A DNA stretch of 64,000 bases from a virus: positions 8,443 to 72,442 of IMG/VR virus record IMGVR_UViG_3300048583_000198; one strand, written 5' to 3'. Below, one piece after another: positions 20,801-29,263 of the stretch. The position numbers and the translations under genes are program-made. How positions within the stretch are numbered: the stretch's first letter is position 1; the number at the start of each line of letters is the position of its first letter. Below the pieces are notes generated by a model. It did not search any database. It was not told the origin of the DNA and saw only the letters and a list, made by a program, of their open reading frames with translations.

Positions 20801-21775
20801 ACGCACACCTGCGCCAATAGCCTGAGCTGAGTTCCTGACGAGTCCAGGAGCCCGCATACCACCTGTGAACAGAGAACTGATAACGGCTGCTTCGCCAGTA
20901 GCCGCACCGACACCTTCCATTGGATCTCGACCGGCAAGCACGTTGTCGGCCACCGTTTGACCAATTGCCATGCCGCCTTCTTCGAACACTTCGGCACCGA
21001 TGGCCGAGGCGGTAGGACGGATTGCATCGCCCAGGAACTGGGAAACAACGTTGGTGCGTCGACCCAGCGGATCGAGTTCGAATCCCGGAGTAAGCTTGCC
21101 AAGTACGGTACCCAAACCAGCACTGAATGCACCAGCCAGAAGTGCTTGACGTTCGGCTTCAGCTGGATCACCCGTCTCCTGCAAAGCTCGTTCATACGTT
21201 TGGCCATATGCACCAGCACCTTCCAAAACACCACTGAGTGCAGCCACGCGATTTATAGTAGCGAGTTCACCTGTACCGGTAGCTACACGGCTGAGCACTG
21301 TTGGAACAGCTGCTTTCGAAGCAACACCCATGGCTCGAGCAGCAGGACCGATCATCAGATACGGAGTCTGCGAAGCCACATCAGCAATAACATTACCGCC
21401 GCTGAAGGTGTTGCCTACAGCTTCAACGAAGCCGGCTACTTCGCCTTCTTCAGCTGTAACACGAGCATTACGGGCAGCATCATCTCTACGTTCAGCCAGA
21501 TACGCAGGTGAACGGAGTTGATCAAGAGTCTGTGAGTTTCGAACGGCATCAGCCAGTTCATACGTTGGGAGAGTGGCCAGCGGAATGCTGCCAAGACTCT
21601 GCAACGTATCCAAGATACCAACGGCGGAATCGCCTACCGTGTTGCGATGACGATAGGCATCGTTCTCTCGCAAGGCACCAACAAGGTCATTCGACTCGAG
21701 AACGGATGTGTCACGAAGTTCTGCCGACGACAGCAACTTGAGTTCTGGAAGCGAAGACTTGATGTCGTCAGCCAT
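11798..21775 (-). CDS. virion-encapsidated RNA polymerase (N4 gp50-like)
   Basis: 3325 aa; motif A EIDGKTNG, motif B R..GK....VQYGGG, motif C NVFDG, HELIH; no Cys seen on reading, a hallmark of N4 vRNAP. Confidence 0.95.
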   Translation of the reverse strand: MADDIKSSLPELKLLSSAELRDTSVLESNDLVGALRENDAYRHRNTVGDSAVGILDTLQSLGSIPLATLPTYELADAVRNSQTLDQLRSPAYLAERRDDAARNARVTAEEGEVAGFVEAVGNTFSGGNVIADVASQTPYLMIGPAARAMGVASKAAVPTVLSRVATGTGELATINRVAALSGVLEGAGAYGQTYERALQETGDPAEAERQALLAGAFSAGLGTVLGKLTPGFELDPLGRRTNVVSQFLGDAIRPTASAIGAEVFEEGGMAIGQTVADNVLAGRDPMEGVGAATGEAAVISSLFTGGMRAPGLVRNSAQAIGAGVRQGLAAAASGLKSRAQTPEGAAVAAASEAIEATPNSEEVIQSTAAVEETVPDSTGSSGEPAVETAPVVSEPSTEENATQPTSYKLPVGEVAPAKSADSDVEAVLTANALETRADITRTEDGEVDEAQAKAIIQSEELATAGKIDEAKAQIAQKSDEEIAAAVEAANQGDVEAQQTVQAVAAVNIARLPIEAVPEPLKPLVQELKKIPAAVARPGPTSKTEETREQILNKGWENRSTGKAATRKRGMLDYINGIASALRVEGVSDTKAPIGAATKAAGFLQHLRARGEAFRKAGELVDLLRKPENVRKPEYAEYLKTNYVEVEGTATLDEDGKRVGNPFRIYISGRGSEASRNMVNEVLADVAEAERMWDTVAKTAPQLAAASMERAAAEKAKLDAIIAARQAAAQPQEESPNAAILAEAKKKAEEEAAQKKAETEAEREARAERAAIQATEKVEEERIARDEKKTKAAEAAARKDAAEKLAAEEKVRLEQEKEDAAEREAVRAYERDVEARLARENPPAEPAGVPDAGVDSNTAQESAPQPQTQNPLLAVTSWARDSLATWFNIDPANTVDGWLEKFKSMTVTRGEETSTAFDLYRSEAGALYQLLAGKGPKFKDGTRRGILQQGILDIAQSGKEDYLDKPYGVASALWQKEESGKMSVPDEVIKAFAWAGAIVMFRNSAKFTGELVDEQGRLSRDIFKEVWAQDIADVAMTLLGVTAKRSASLDISQGTFLSYGLSTLAALIESQNFDMKADFNPETDAWNNTNLRTLEATSDGTLSDASYMDTMQILVPTESARNAAKNNMNTIDAVQEQLDGERVWEAQSEPHTEVDNTIQYTRTKLSAPMQTALENLQKVRHGLFGDMYGMFTTLGDDLMKQVLTGWYGAVPEKDDGTVPSSVREWLKSQNERLTMEFAAVRKYHELTEGGAKGLFYKYHIGINNRVKTVMGPQNNKFVRDMFSSAEEELNLDDPNHAKYMQMTLAQAFGVKTDINDPASVLREWEKIRSKHAALAKKVWAARTDQAALLAALKENRDKPYSPRELAALLTYGRILAQDGKGTFTNYLMFEIDGKTNGAFNTELFFGLGVRNGANLEQGGLFLDKQDATYETERDRMREAYESDDFYGRINMRARYHFVKGLADLLKQYPNLINPLKGQLFLLEAAGLIEVLPQTKETPNMSVVFNGERVEVKGLPQVLFRRDAGKLAVIPVQYGGGPTGIKRQLWSDVVRNINLNWIKAKNELDRTTDETRRQQLVAQMGHLETLLRGHESFGMDVKQLSKAKNWDAVRWHRSLDGLASAMSKAYGGEKGRVVQVTNTLVKLTNFAYMMKKVQWDQKLQEWIKAKPENAALLEKYKKTGLYDLSRDEYDRLMSETIDLSFNTLNGPKTVSLNNTDFNPNATSITGLGTSMDANLDSPAPRPVGVSILALLTISGGDASMGVRFFQKAWNATNVFDGIDLKVTDIEAAGTALNEAVWATAGFDILNSFQGMVADMRILLDAATETERNALVDTFNSMQPNEKMFIEDFASWASRFNEAVDEFNQLHREQRTGQEELLAGKHTVYQMGGGGKFNTPGGEVRSSASLDFDFELSLEEDAPRTQVADISEVGPREAGRYPDQYKHPEATRIEDEEGFIDVIMKGPRWRGRNTFTAKPSLVNGMSAGLRRLVKVLQMAADAGVAYDSDKSVHPSAIRMYLRAKRAGIITFESRYSDAELEEKIRENQVLRTDNLQTDDGEPVFRNVRLTGKASVSTVKTDQGLKTSFEVNNKKLDRAAVIAALDAMKWKNAIHRTVWKRIRNLLPADLSVELADTEEAWNNTIEQRGMHKHRFSVTTGVASGSFIMLKVASPSVMLHELIHTIFTRHIDNFFSNINQVPVELRGPINDLVQLMERFKKLPAVGRVGFVQRVMTSYDWHGQPQDELGEMLAYVFTEDAVIEELSPGFVQRVINRVKQILRFIIKIEPANDFYNEAMDVFRSLTDSVPADARLVDGVSTRLSQHVPEDGLATLEQLTEDAYVDLFQRMAQGQNIQLAGVQRENLATQAMAVTAYNLSPEQQRLFTRVYTLLRVGQRSPELEQFVDATFSKHPQKNLFNKSPDVVAAVMALAAVEPTFGAQLNRLWAGRDEQTLADALIDKALNNAQQDSGGNMLNEAISAMLVEKDLEQSYYATVTSRLDRLGNRMMEKLGQKAADAAPRAPQYVDTLLKGIAALTTEKGAAAFGSGLIAAVNTHTDQRWLQDLVAALAGTKGDGRLIYRAHNAMMTAINQTRSMFDNTLPRELSKLFPEDFDGWNTLFEAFGRLDVSVLGSSAAEMYLNDAERRRMITVLESKVDNYIDAQNLGYYLVHRKPKPGIAQELLRNARAIADDLNGRRRTAPDSLVADADQLVTLYAIEYLAASERAKVGQYFRAHPESMDKLVGMLKHVKEAEQQHQRTEYRYVYWKDSLPMSTDPRSSVVIANGIKGAQLEQLGYIKGKKYPQTSGDPESDLYYYSRRYTPPPVFSQGIIATVQQTAMGINYTTAASVTPEVGTMLSNQQVVSYIQRTKGRDSNLVAVFNFQGEVMGYERMLDPTIVRESLKGNNTLLHVSIGKKLGRITEENMARRLNQEAIKLMVNQWKEGKDAGREAEYEMVNSSTDKQVARAWENIPADIKRDLADAFGGPVMVRKDLLANTIGYHNAGALEIYTGDASLNPDTRKILLGLIQTVFAGPKGTQIFLAAEQALKEGVATAKDLIIVRSLVVAYQNFQSAMHLVIANGVPPSRMAKWYRQGMREVQAYNRLQREVIQLRIQIAGTTDDVEKERLRTIQTAKRRSIERLSIYPLIEAGELSDLPEGLEESPSHSYLGDLAGWMNNHLREKVHPKAPTILANALFAKDSTLHDALSKAIQAGDFLARYAIFQHMIENGATVEKARDEVRDELISYQTNPGRMRASLETYGMIWWSQFTLRAQNVLLNRFRKNPFSFFVSQGLGNVVGTPGPLDGAIYERGIDNSTGLDQMWGSPTATIHSKVF

Positions 21776-21832
21776 GGTAAGTCCTGATTTTTCTCAACGG
21801 CGGGTTTAAGGCCCGACGAGGAGTATATCGAC

Positions 21833-23386
21833 TTACTGGAGACGAGCAAGCTCTGCTTTCAGCTTCGCCAGCTGTCGCTGTGCGTCTACCAGCACCTGAC
21901 CGTTGATCTTTCGTTCTTGAACCAGGCGGGTGTACTCGTTCACAGACTGTTGAGCAATACCAATCTGAGCCTGCAACGAATCACGCTTAACGCCGGGATT
22001 GTTTTCGTAACGTTGACGAACTTCCTTTGGAATCTCGAGCGTGTTGTTGCTACTGGCAGCCGCCGCCGTAAGACGCAGATCTCGACCCAGCTTGGCCTTG
22101 TCCTTGGATGCGTTGGCATCAATCGCAGCCAGATCGGCTTCGACTTTCTCACGACCGCCCTTCGCATTGAGGTCAGCCACATCCGCGATGAGGGCCTTCG
22201 TGTTATCACCAATGACGCCAATGCTATCGAACGGAGTCATGCGATTGAGGGTGCTTTCCACAATGAAGTAGGCTTCCTCGCGCTTGATCTCCTGACCAAA
22301 GTTTTCCTTCGCGTAGTCCTGGATCAACTGGACACGCTGCTTGAAGTCTCCCGTGTCCCAGTCACGAGCAAGCCAGCCATCACCCGCACCCGTCTTCTTG
22401 ATGAAGGCTTGTGCCGCATCTTCGTCGCCCATGCCCTTGTACGGATTCGGCGCAAGGAGTTGCGACGTACGCACAGCGGTGTCGTACTTCGACTTCTCGA
22501 TACGAGTGTTCTCGTCGACTGCCGCCGCTTCCTTCGTGATGAAGTCGGTGTAAGCACGGGCACTGGTACCCGTCTTGGGGTCAATGCGATCCAGCTCCAG
22601 CTGGCTTGGCATGTTGCCAGCCAGACCAATGCCAGCCGCTTTTCGTGCGGTGTCGATCAAAGTCAACGGAGCACGATTGCGCTCAAGAATCTTGAGTACG
22701 GTTTCGTCACGATTGGCTTCGTCTTCCGCCAGACCTTCAGGCGTGGCGTAGTACTTGATGATCTCGCTCAGAGCATTCTGACCGTTCTGTTCCTTGACAC
22801 GATCCGCTCGAGCAGCTGCTGCCGCCTCACGACGGAGAGCAATCTCTTCGAGCTTGATCTTGTTGTCGAGATGGTCTTTCGACCAACCGTCAATCGTGTC
22901 CAGGGCTTTCTGCCCAGCAACCGTTTGCCAACGAGGATCGCTCTTGTCGATTTCGAACGGCTTGCCGTTGAGTGCAAGATCCCGATACGGCAAGGCCATG
23001 TCGGCGGCTTGTCGAATGTCTTCACGATCCTTCAACTGCGCATCGAGCATTTCAATGTTCTTGTTCGTGCTCTTGAGAGTTGCATCAACAACCTCAGCAT
23101 CTTTCAGTTCTTTGGTACGCCCACTGGCGGCTTTGGCAATAGCCAAAGGATCAATGGTCCAGTCCTGAGGAGCAGCAGCAGCGGCAGCAGCCGGATCCTG
23201 GCTCAATGCAATGTCTGCAATGGCAGCGTCAGTAGCCGTCTTGATTTGCTGATTTCGATTGTCGACAGCAACCTGGCCAATGTCTTTGATGCCCTGAGCG
23301 AGACGATCACCGCCTCGGCCAAACATTTCAATGGCAGCAGCATTGCCTCGGTAGGCGACATCAGTCCACGTGATCGGACGAGCCAT
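21833..23386 (-). CDS. internal virion / ejection protein (gp51-like)
   Basis: MARPITW start; helical; synteny. Confidence 0.7.
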   Translation of the reverse strand: MARPITWTDVAYRGNAAAIEMFGRGGDRLAQGIKDIGQVAVDNRNQQIKTATDAAIADIALSQDPAAAAAAAPQDWTIDPLAIAKAASGRTKELKDAEVVDATLKSTNKNIEMLDAQLKDREDIRQAADMALPYRDLALNGKPFEIDKSDPRWQTVAGQKALDTIDGWSKDHLDNKIKLEEIALRREAAAAARADRVKEQNGQNALSEIIKYYATPEGLAEDEANRDETVLKILERNRAPLTLIDTARKAAGIGLAGNMPSQLELDRIDPKTGTSARAYTDFITKEAAAVDENTRIEKSKYDTAVRTSQLLAPNPYKGMGDEDAAQAFIKKTGAGDGWLARDWDTGDFKQRVQLIQDYAKENFGQEIKREEAYFIVESTLNRMTPFDSIGVIGDNTKALIADVADLNAKGGREKVEADLAAIDANASKDKAKLGRDLRLTAAAASSNNTLEIPKEVRQRYENNPGVKRDSLQAQIGIAQQSVNEYTRLVQERKINGQVLVDAQRQLAKLKAELARLQ

Positions 23387-23388
23387 GG

Positions 23389-23886
23389 TTAACCCCTCAT
23401 GCCGGAAGGTAGTTCAGCTTCCTTCAAGGCCGCCTGACGCTCTTCCTCGGTCGCATACCAGCGACCCGTGGTGCGATCCTTCATCTGCGTGTTGTAGCTG
23501 TCCACCTGATTGGCCAGATTCGTCTTGAATGCCTTCTTCTCGAACTTGAGAGCATCCTTCGCAAGGCCCAGCTGCTGCAGACCGATGTAAGCATTGATGC
23601 CGCTACCGATGACGTTCGCCCAGTTGCCAATCGTCTGGCCATTCTTGCCGAACCAACCACCGATCTTACCCAGACTGCCAAGGATACCGCCGCCACCAGG
23701 AGCAGTCGCAGCAGGTACAGCTGCCGTAAGAGCATCCCAGGAACCTTGGCCAAAAGCAGGAATCGTGCTCGGAGGAGCCATCACGCCCGTATTCGGGTTG
23801 AAACCCCCCGAAGAGGTCGGAAGACTGAGCTGGTTGAGATTGCCCCAGGTGTCGGGAACGTAGTTACCGTTTGCATCAAAAGCCAT
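23389..23886 (-). CDS. virion structural / ejection protein (gp52-like)
   Basis: Gly-rich hydrophobic segment then LAKDAL.F.K..F..N..NQ..SYN. Confidence 0.75.
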   Translation of the reverse strand: MAFDANGNYVPDTWGNLNQLSLPTSSGGFNPNTGVMAPPSTIPAFGQGSWDALTAAVPAATAPGGGGILGSLGKIGGWFGKNGQTIGNWANVIGSGINAYIGLQQLGLAKDALKFEKKAFKTNLANQVDSYNTQMKDRTTGRWYATEEERQAALKEAELPSGMRG

Positions 23887-23919
23887 GAGCGAATCCTCCG
23901 CAGATGTGCGTAGAGTGCT

Positions 23920-26220
23920 TTACTGGAGTCGAGGAGTCAATGTTATCTCGCTCATGAACTCCACAGGAGCAATTAAGCGGTTTACTAAGGTATCAGTTGT
24001 CGATTGTGTTCGCGCTAACCAGTCTTCAAGTTTTTCAACCGGAGCTAGCCACATTTGAGCAGGTAAAGACAATTCAGGAAAATTCTCTTCCCAAAGTTCT
24101 TCAAGCTGCTTCATTTGAGTTTCACGTTCATCAGCATCTTCGCTCCACTTATCCCACTCTTCCTGGATGAGTTCCATTTCATATTGAGTGTATGCAGCGA
24201 GTCCCCCAAAAATAAATGATGCGGCGCTCATTAATTGTTGTGTAAGAGTGATTGGGGTAATGGGGATGTTTAAATAAATTTGACCCAATTGACCAATGCC
24301 CCAGGTCAATGCGACTGTGACAACAACTTGAACGATAGCCCCCCACACTGAGCCCCATTGTTCTGCTGCCCATTCACCTGCTTCAACGGCCACATATTGA
24401 ACTCCAATAACTACTGCAGTAACTACTACAGCAGTCAAAACCGTTGCAATTGCTGTTGCAGCGGCAATACTTAAAGTAGCTGGTAGCGCAGAGTAAATAG
24501 CTCCGTACAAAGCACCAACGGTCGGTCCCAGTGATCCAAGACTAATCACCGTAATTACGAATGAAAAAGCTAACGTTACAAATTGAAAAAAACCGGTTTG
24601 ATACCACTTTTCTTTTACGACTTTGTAGCAGTTAAAAACAATATGCAGCGCCTCTTGGGCAAGTTGTAGTTGTTCTCTTCCAGAAAGAGTGAGATAAGTT
24701 TCCATCTCAAGTGGAATAAGAAAACCAGTTCCAAAATCTCCATCGGGGTCGTTGAAAGCGTCCCATACGCCACTCGAAACGTATTTACCTTTGTAGACAT
24801 AGTTTTCATGCCAAAGGCCGAAAATCATCAGCTCGGCATACGTTGATTCGGTAAGTCGCTTACGGATGTAAAACTTCGTGAAGTCGTAAGTTACTCGTTG
24901 AGTACCTTTACCTTTCCCGTAAGTAACTTCTTTTACAGAGTCTGTATCCCTACTGACTTCTGTTTCATAGGGTTGCGCTAAAGCTCCCGACTTTTCTTCA
25001 TAAGTCATGTAACGCCAAGCAATTTCCATATTTACACATGATCCTGCGGTTTCCGGATCAGTGATAGAAATGCTTTGAGAAGGGCAGATGTTGACTGATC
25101 GAACCGAAATAAAGTTGTACTTCGGATCTTTGTACGTGGGAATTTTTTCGTACCACGCATCAAAAAGCGGTTTGTTGTCGGGCAAACTCAATCGTAAACG
25201 ATTAAAGTAATTCCAGTGATATTCGTGAGCACACTGATTTGGTGATGCGATTTTTGTGCCTGGTTGAATAAACACATAGTCAATTTGCCCCTCATCTGGG
25301 CTTTCTTTGATTTGTGAAATCAAAGTAGGAATTTCTACACCAAGCTTACGTGCATACACTTTGCTCGTTTTGTACGAACTAGTGTTTTTCCAAACACTTT
25401 CTGGAGGCGGTGAACCGGCATTCGAATGGAACTGCCACTCGTCAAACCAACGGTTGTTCTTCTTCAAAACAAGTCCTGGGAAGGTACCCGAACCATTTGT
25501 AGAAATGTTTTGAAGGAACAAATTTAATTGCGCATCTGACCCACCTTCAGTATAGGAAATCGTTTGTGTAGGTCCGCCTGCTACAGAAATTTCAATAAAT
25601 AGACGAGATTTGATGAGATCATCTTCGGTACTGAAGAGAGTTTTCAAATACCACTCATCAAACGTGACAATCGTTGTATCAGGCTTTGTGAAAGTGAGAC
25701 GCCAACCATATTCATCAGGATGATTAATAGGATCATCTTGAATAGCAAAAAGCGCCAACGTCGAATCAACAGGAATACCAAATACTGTGGTGTGCACTCT
25801 TTGTAATGCAAAATCGTAGTTGTATTTAGTTTCAACTTGTTGATGCACAATTGTTTGATGATTTGTAGTGCGAACAAGCGCAACAGATTTCAAATCAATA
25901 GAGCTTGGTGCATAGAGTGCTGTTAAATATTCAAGAGTCAGTACAGCAATCACATCTGGATCAGCAGAGTTGCTAATGTGAGCCAAACCGATGGGCAATC
26001 CTGAATAGTAGGATTTAGCTGCGTAAGCGTAAGCTTGCCGCAGCTTTATCCCTAGCCCATCAATGATGGCTTTCTTGATTGCAACTGGTGTGTTTTGATT
26101 CTGAAGTTTAGAACCAATGACAGCAGTTTCAATCATGTCCGGAATTTTGTCCAACTCCGGACCCAACGGATAAATTACAGACGAGACGTAAATTGTTTCG
26201 TCACGGCTGAACAGTCCCAT
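23920..26220 (-). CDS. virion structural protein (gp53-like)
   Basis: MGLFS...YVSS start, VKEKWYQTGFF, hydrophobic C-terminal region. Confidence 0.75.
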   Translation of the reverse strand: MGLFSRDETIYVSSVIYPLGPELDKIPDMIETAVIGSKLQNQNTPVAIKKAIIDGLGIKLRQAYAYAAKSYYSGLPIGLAHISNSADPDVIAVLTLEYLTALYAPSSIDLKSVALVRTTNHQTIVHQQVETKYNYDFALQRVHTTVFGIPVDSTLALFAIQDDPINHPDEYGWRLTFTKPDTTIVTFDEWYLKTLFSTEDDLIKSRLFIEISVAGGPTQTISYTEGGSDAQLNLFLQNISTNGSGTFPGLVLKKNNRWFDEWQFHSNAGSPPPESVWKNTSSYKTSKVYARKLGVEIPTLISQIKESPDEGQIDYVFIQPGTKIASPNQCAHEYHWNYFNRLRLSLPDNKPLFDAWYEKIPTYKDPKYNFISVRSVNICPSQSISITDPETAGSCVNMEIAWRYMTYEEKSGALAQPYETEVSRDTDSVKEVTYGKGKGTQRVTYDFTKFYIRKRLTESTYAELMIFGLWHENYVYKGKYVSSGVWDAFNDPDGDFGTGFLIPLEMETYLTLSGREQLQLAQEALHIVFNCYKVVKEKWYQTGFFQFVTLAFSFVITVISLGSLGPTVGALYGAIYSALPATLSIAAATAIATVLTAVVVTAVVIGVQYVAVEAGEWAAEQWGSVWGAIVQVVVTVALTWGIGQLGQIYLNIPITPITLTQQLMSAASFIFGGLAAYTQYEMELIQEEWDKWSEDADERETQMKQLEELWEENFPELSLPAQMWLAPVEKLEDWLARTQSTTDTLVNRLIAPVEFMSEITLTPRLQ

Positions 26221-27305
26221 TACTGATCACCAGGCACATATGGATCAGCGTCAGCAGACGGCGCACCAGTTGCAGGCGTATCTGGGTTGTTATACGCATG
26301 CGGCAGACCCAAGTTGTTGAGGTACTTGTTCATCGAAAGGATGAGGTTACCTGCCAACGGTCCAGGGCTCTGCGTTGCATCATCGAGCGCCTTGGCAGAG
26401 GTCCACAAGTCAGCCACCATCTTGACTGCTTTGTTTTGACCATCATCCTTGTAGCTTTGGATCTGCTGCGTATAGAGCGACTTTTGTACACCCATAATGC
26501 CAGCCACTGGAGTGAGATCCGTGTTGGTATCGTAGGTTTGCGCACGCTGTACGTTTGCTTGACCAGTAAGCAGAAGCTGCTGCTTCTCAGCCGTAACCAA
26601 AGCCGCATCCTTAAGGGCAAAGTCCTTCTGCGCATGGCCACCGGGAGCACCACCACTAGGCATGGTGCTGTGAGTCTTGAGCCACGCATCATTGAATGAC
26701 TCTTCGACAACTGCCTGCTGGGCTTCAGACAGGTTGATGTCCTGGAGGGTTTTCGTCAGCTGCATTTTGCCATTTGCATAGCTGAGCTGAGCCGTCACTG
26801 CATTCACCTGAGCAGTGTATGCATCCGCCTGCGCACGGAACATGGCGAGCTTTGCCGTTTCGATTTCAGCAACCAAACGGGCACGCTCGAGGAAAGCATT
26901 CTGTGTTTGAATCTGTACAAGCTTCGAAGACCAGTAGGACTGCTCACGACTGAGCAGGAACTGAAGAGCCTGCGGGAGTACTGTCTGGATAGCGGCAACG
27001 TAGACGTTGGCGATCTCACTCTTACCGATGATGCCATTGTCGTGCTGCGCAAGAATGTGCGCATTCACCGTGGTCATGATCTTGTCGAATACACCAGCAC
27101 CGGAGACTGCACCCTGGGTGAGTTCCTCAACGGTGGGTTTGGCAACCTCGTCCTGAAGGTCGGCTGGCAATTCGCCAACACCAGGGATCGTCAGGACAGG
27201 CAGAGTTGGGAACTCTGGAAGCAGAGGCAACCCAGTGCTCAGACCTTCATGCAACGTTTCAGCCTCGGCCAAAGCTTCGGCTACCGTGGTGTAATCAAGC
27301 GCCAT
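26220..27305 (-). CDS. virion structural protein (gp54-like)
   Basis: G.GVFD.IM..V..H, G.MG.QK.LY..QI.SY motifs; synteny. Confidence 0.75.
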   Translation of the reverse strand: MALDYTTVAEALAEAETLHEGLSTGLPLLPEFPTLPVLTIPGVGELPADLQDEVAKPTVEELTQGAVSGAGVFDKIMTTVNAHILAQHDNGIIGKSEIANVYVAAIQTVLPQALQFLLSREQSYWSSKLVQIQTQNAFLERARLVAEIETAKLAMFRAQADAYTAQVNAVTAQLSYANGKMQLTKTLQDINLSEAQQAVVEESFNDAWLKTHSTMPSGGAPGGHAQKDFALKDAALVTAEKQQLLLTGQANVQRAQTYDTNTDLTPVAGIMGVQKSLYTQQIQSYKDDGQNKAVKMVADLWTSAKALDDATQSPGPLAGNLILSMNKYLNNLGLPHAYNNPDTPATGAPSADADPYVPGDQ

Positions 27306-27329
27306 GAGTTGTGTTCCTCAGAAATGAGA

Positions 27330-27360
27330 TCGGGCCAGGGATATTGAATCCCCGGCCCGA
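27330..27360. terminator. intergenic hairpin
   Basis: TCGGGCC...GGCCCGA stem; no clear U-tract. Confidence 0.4.
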
Positions 27361-27377
27361 AGTGTAGCAGAACCGGC

Positions 27378-27914
27378 TTATTTGGCCAGCTCGTTGCCCA
27401 GAGCCTGGGCTTTGGCCAGCTCAGCCAGGTCTTCTGGCGTCGGCATCGGGTGATACATGATGGCGTACTTCTTGAGCCACTGAGTGTTGAGGCGCTCAGG
27501 GGTTCCCGGCACACCGGTCGGCACCATGCTTGAGCGACAGAACATCTGCGCTTCCATGTGCTGGACCAGAATCTTGGGCATGTACCACTTGTAGCCAAAT
27601 GGGATGGCCTTCGTGATCTGCCCCAACTTCCGGTTACCGACACTGACCAGAACACCCGTGGTTTCAGCATCAGCTGGATCCATGGAAGTAACAGTGACTG
27701 GGATCAAAGCCGTGGCTTCCTTGAGGAGACGCTCTTCTACCTGGGCCGGAGTCTCCTCTTTTGGCTTCGGGGCGGCAGCTGCAATGACATCCTGTCCGGA
27801 CAGGAACTCGTCGATGTTCTGCTGGATCGTTTCTGCCTTCTGGGCCGGATGGTACTTAATGCCCAATTCTTTGGCCTTGGCTCGGATTTCTTCGAGATCG
27901 AATTCAACGGTCAT
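27378..27914 (-). CDS. gp55-like virion-associated protein
   Basis: KAKELGIKYH, PTPEDLAELAKAQA; GAGG RBS before ATG 27914. Confidence 0.75.
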   Translation of the reverse strand: MTVEFDLEEIRAKAKELGIKYHPAQKAETIQQNIDEFLSGQDVIAAAAPKPKEETPAQVEERLLKEATALIPVTVTSMDPADAETTGVLVSVGNRKLGQITKAIPFGYKWYMPKILVQHMEAQMFCRSSMVPTGVPGTPERLNTQWLKKYAIMYHPMPTPEDLAELAKAQALGNELAK

Positions 27915-27942
27915 GAGTGGCGTCCTCTGTGAATGAGATTTC

Positions 27943-27971
27943 ATTATGCATATAAATCATTAAGATTTCAA
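27943..27971 (-). promoter_or_regulatory. sigma70-like late promoter
   Basis: TTGAAA-17 nt-CATAAT just downstream of the capsid terminator. Confidence 0.6.
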
Positions 27972-27974
27972 CGC

Positions 27975-28002
27975 AAAAGAAAAGGGGCCTTGCGGCCCCT
28001 TT
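27975..28002 (-). terminator. rho-independent terminator after major capsid gene
   Basis: AAAGGGGCC-GCAA-GGCCCCTTTTCTTTT. Confidence 0.9.
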
Positions 28003-28025
28003 CCTCACTCACTTGGAGTCCCAGG

Positions 28026-29246
28026 TTACACCGGGGCAACACCACGGAGCAGACCGATCCAGTCGTTACGCTCGATGAGCGTGCCGTAGTAGAACTGGAT
28101 GGAGGCCAGACCCTTGTTGCCGTACGGGTTGTCGAGGGTAACCATGTCCTTACCAGGCGGCTTGATGACCAGATTGAACTTCGGCGCTTCCGGCGAGTTC
28201 GTCTGGAAACCAATCGAGGTGAACGACTCCGCGCAGACCGCGAGGCAGTTGAACACATCGTACCGGCTGGAGGTCGCGTAGTACCCAGGATTCGACGTGA
28301 CCGAAGCACCGATCGGGCCAGTGGCCGAACCGTTGTGCTTGATCATTTCCTGGTGGACGATCACACGGAAACCAGCAACCGCACCGATTTCACCTTCGAG
28401 GACGGTCGTCTGAGAAGCGTACTTCTCAACCGGCACGAACATCTCGGTGTCGTTGCTGTTCTTCATTTCCATGAAGGTCGTGATCAGCTCAGGCGGAATG
28501 AACAGCGCACGGCTGCCATTGACGGTCGCCGTGTCCGTCAGGGTCGAACCCTTCAGGATGGTGAACCGCTTCGGGGCACGGTTGCTGTCCAGCGCAATGC
28601 TGAGGCGGATGACATCGTTGTAGTCGATGATCGCCGCACCAGCACCCTCAGCCGTGACCGTGGCCAGCGACGTGGCGGTACCCGCATAGCGGACAACACC
28701 AGCACCGTTGATCAAGTCGAGCTGCAGGAGAGCTTCCTTCAGCTGCTCGGCACCCTTCACCAGCTCGTCGGTGAAGTGGGTACGCATCGCCATGTCACTG
28801 TCGAACTGCGTGCTCTCGTCCGTCCAGTCAGCGAAGAAGCCGACTCGGGTGAGGTTGGCAGAGACCGACGTACGGGTGATACCGACGCGGTTCACGCGAT
28901 CAGCACCTTCCGTCACGAGCGGGATCTTCGCCGTGATCACACCGAAGTCACGGCTGGAACCATACAGGTTGCCGTAACCAGGATTGCCGCCACCAGCACC
29001 CGTCAGAGCCGCACCCGAGGCGTCGATGCCCTGGAGGTTCTGGTTCAGGTCGCTGAGCAGCGGGTAGTAGCGATACTTCGTGAACGTCTTGCCGTAGTGG
29101 GCCGGCTGGTTCTGGACCGAAGAGAGCTTCGAGAAGTGAGAGTACTTCACCGCCTCGATGATCGCCTTGCGATTCAGATACTTGACGACTTCCTGCGTGC
29201 CGATGTCACTCGGAGTGCCCGGAGGGGCATTGTATTCCATAGCCAT
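28026..29246 (-). CDS. major capsid protein (N4 gp56-like)
   Basis: MEYNAP, PLL.D.N.N.QGIDA.G, GNLYGSSRD, EG..RVNRVG, PYG..G..SI.FYYG. Confidence 0.95.
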   Translation of the reverse strand: MAMEYNAPPGTPSDIGTQEVVKYLNRKAIIEAVKYSHFSKLSSVQNQPAHYGKTFTKYRYYPLLSDLNQNLQGIDASGAALTGAGGGNPGYGNLYGSSRDFGVITAKIPLVTEGADRVNRVGITRTSVSANLTRVGFFADWTDESTQFDSDMAMRTHFTDELVKGAEQLKEALLQLDLINGAGVVRYAGTATSLATVTAEGAGAAIIDYNDVIRLSIALDSNRAPKRFTILKGSTLTDTATVNGSRALFIPPELITTFMEMKNSNDTEMFVPVEKYASQTTVLEGEIGAVAGFRVIVHQEMIKHNGSATGPIGASVTSNPGYYATSSRYDVFNCLAVCAESFTSIGFQTNSPEAPKFNLVIKPPGKDMVTLDNPYGNKGLASIQFYYGTLIERNDWIGLLRGVAPV

Positions 29247-29263
29247 GTTGCGTTACCTCAAGA

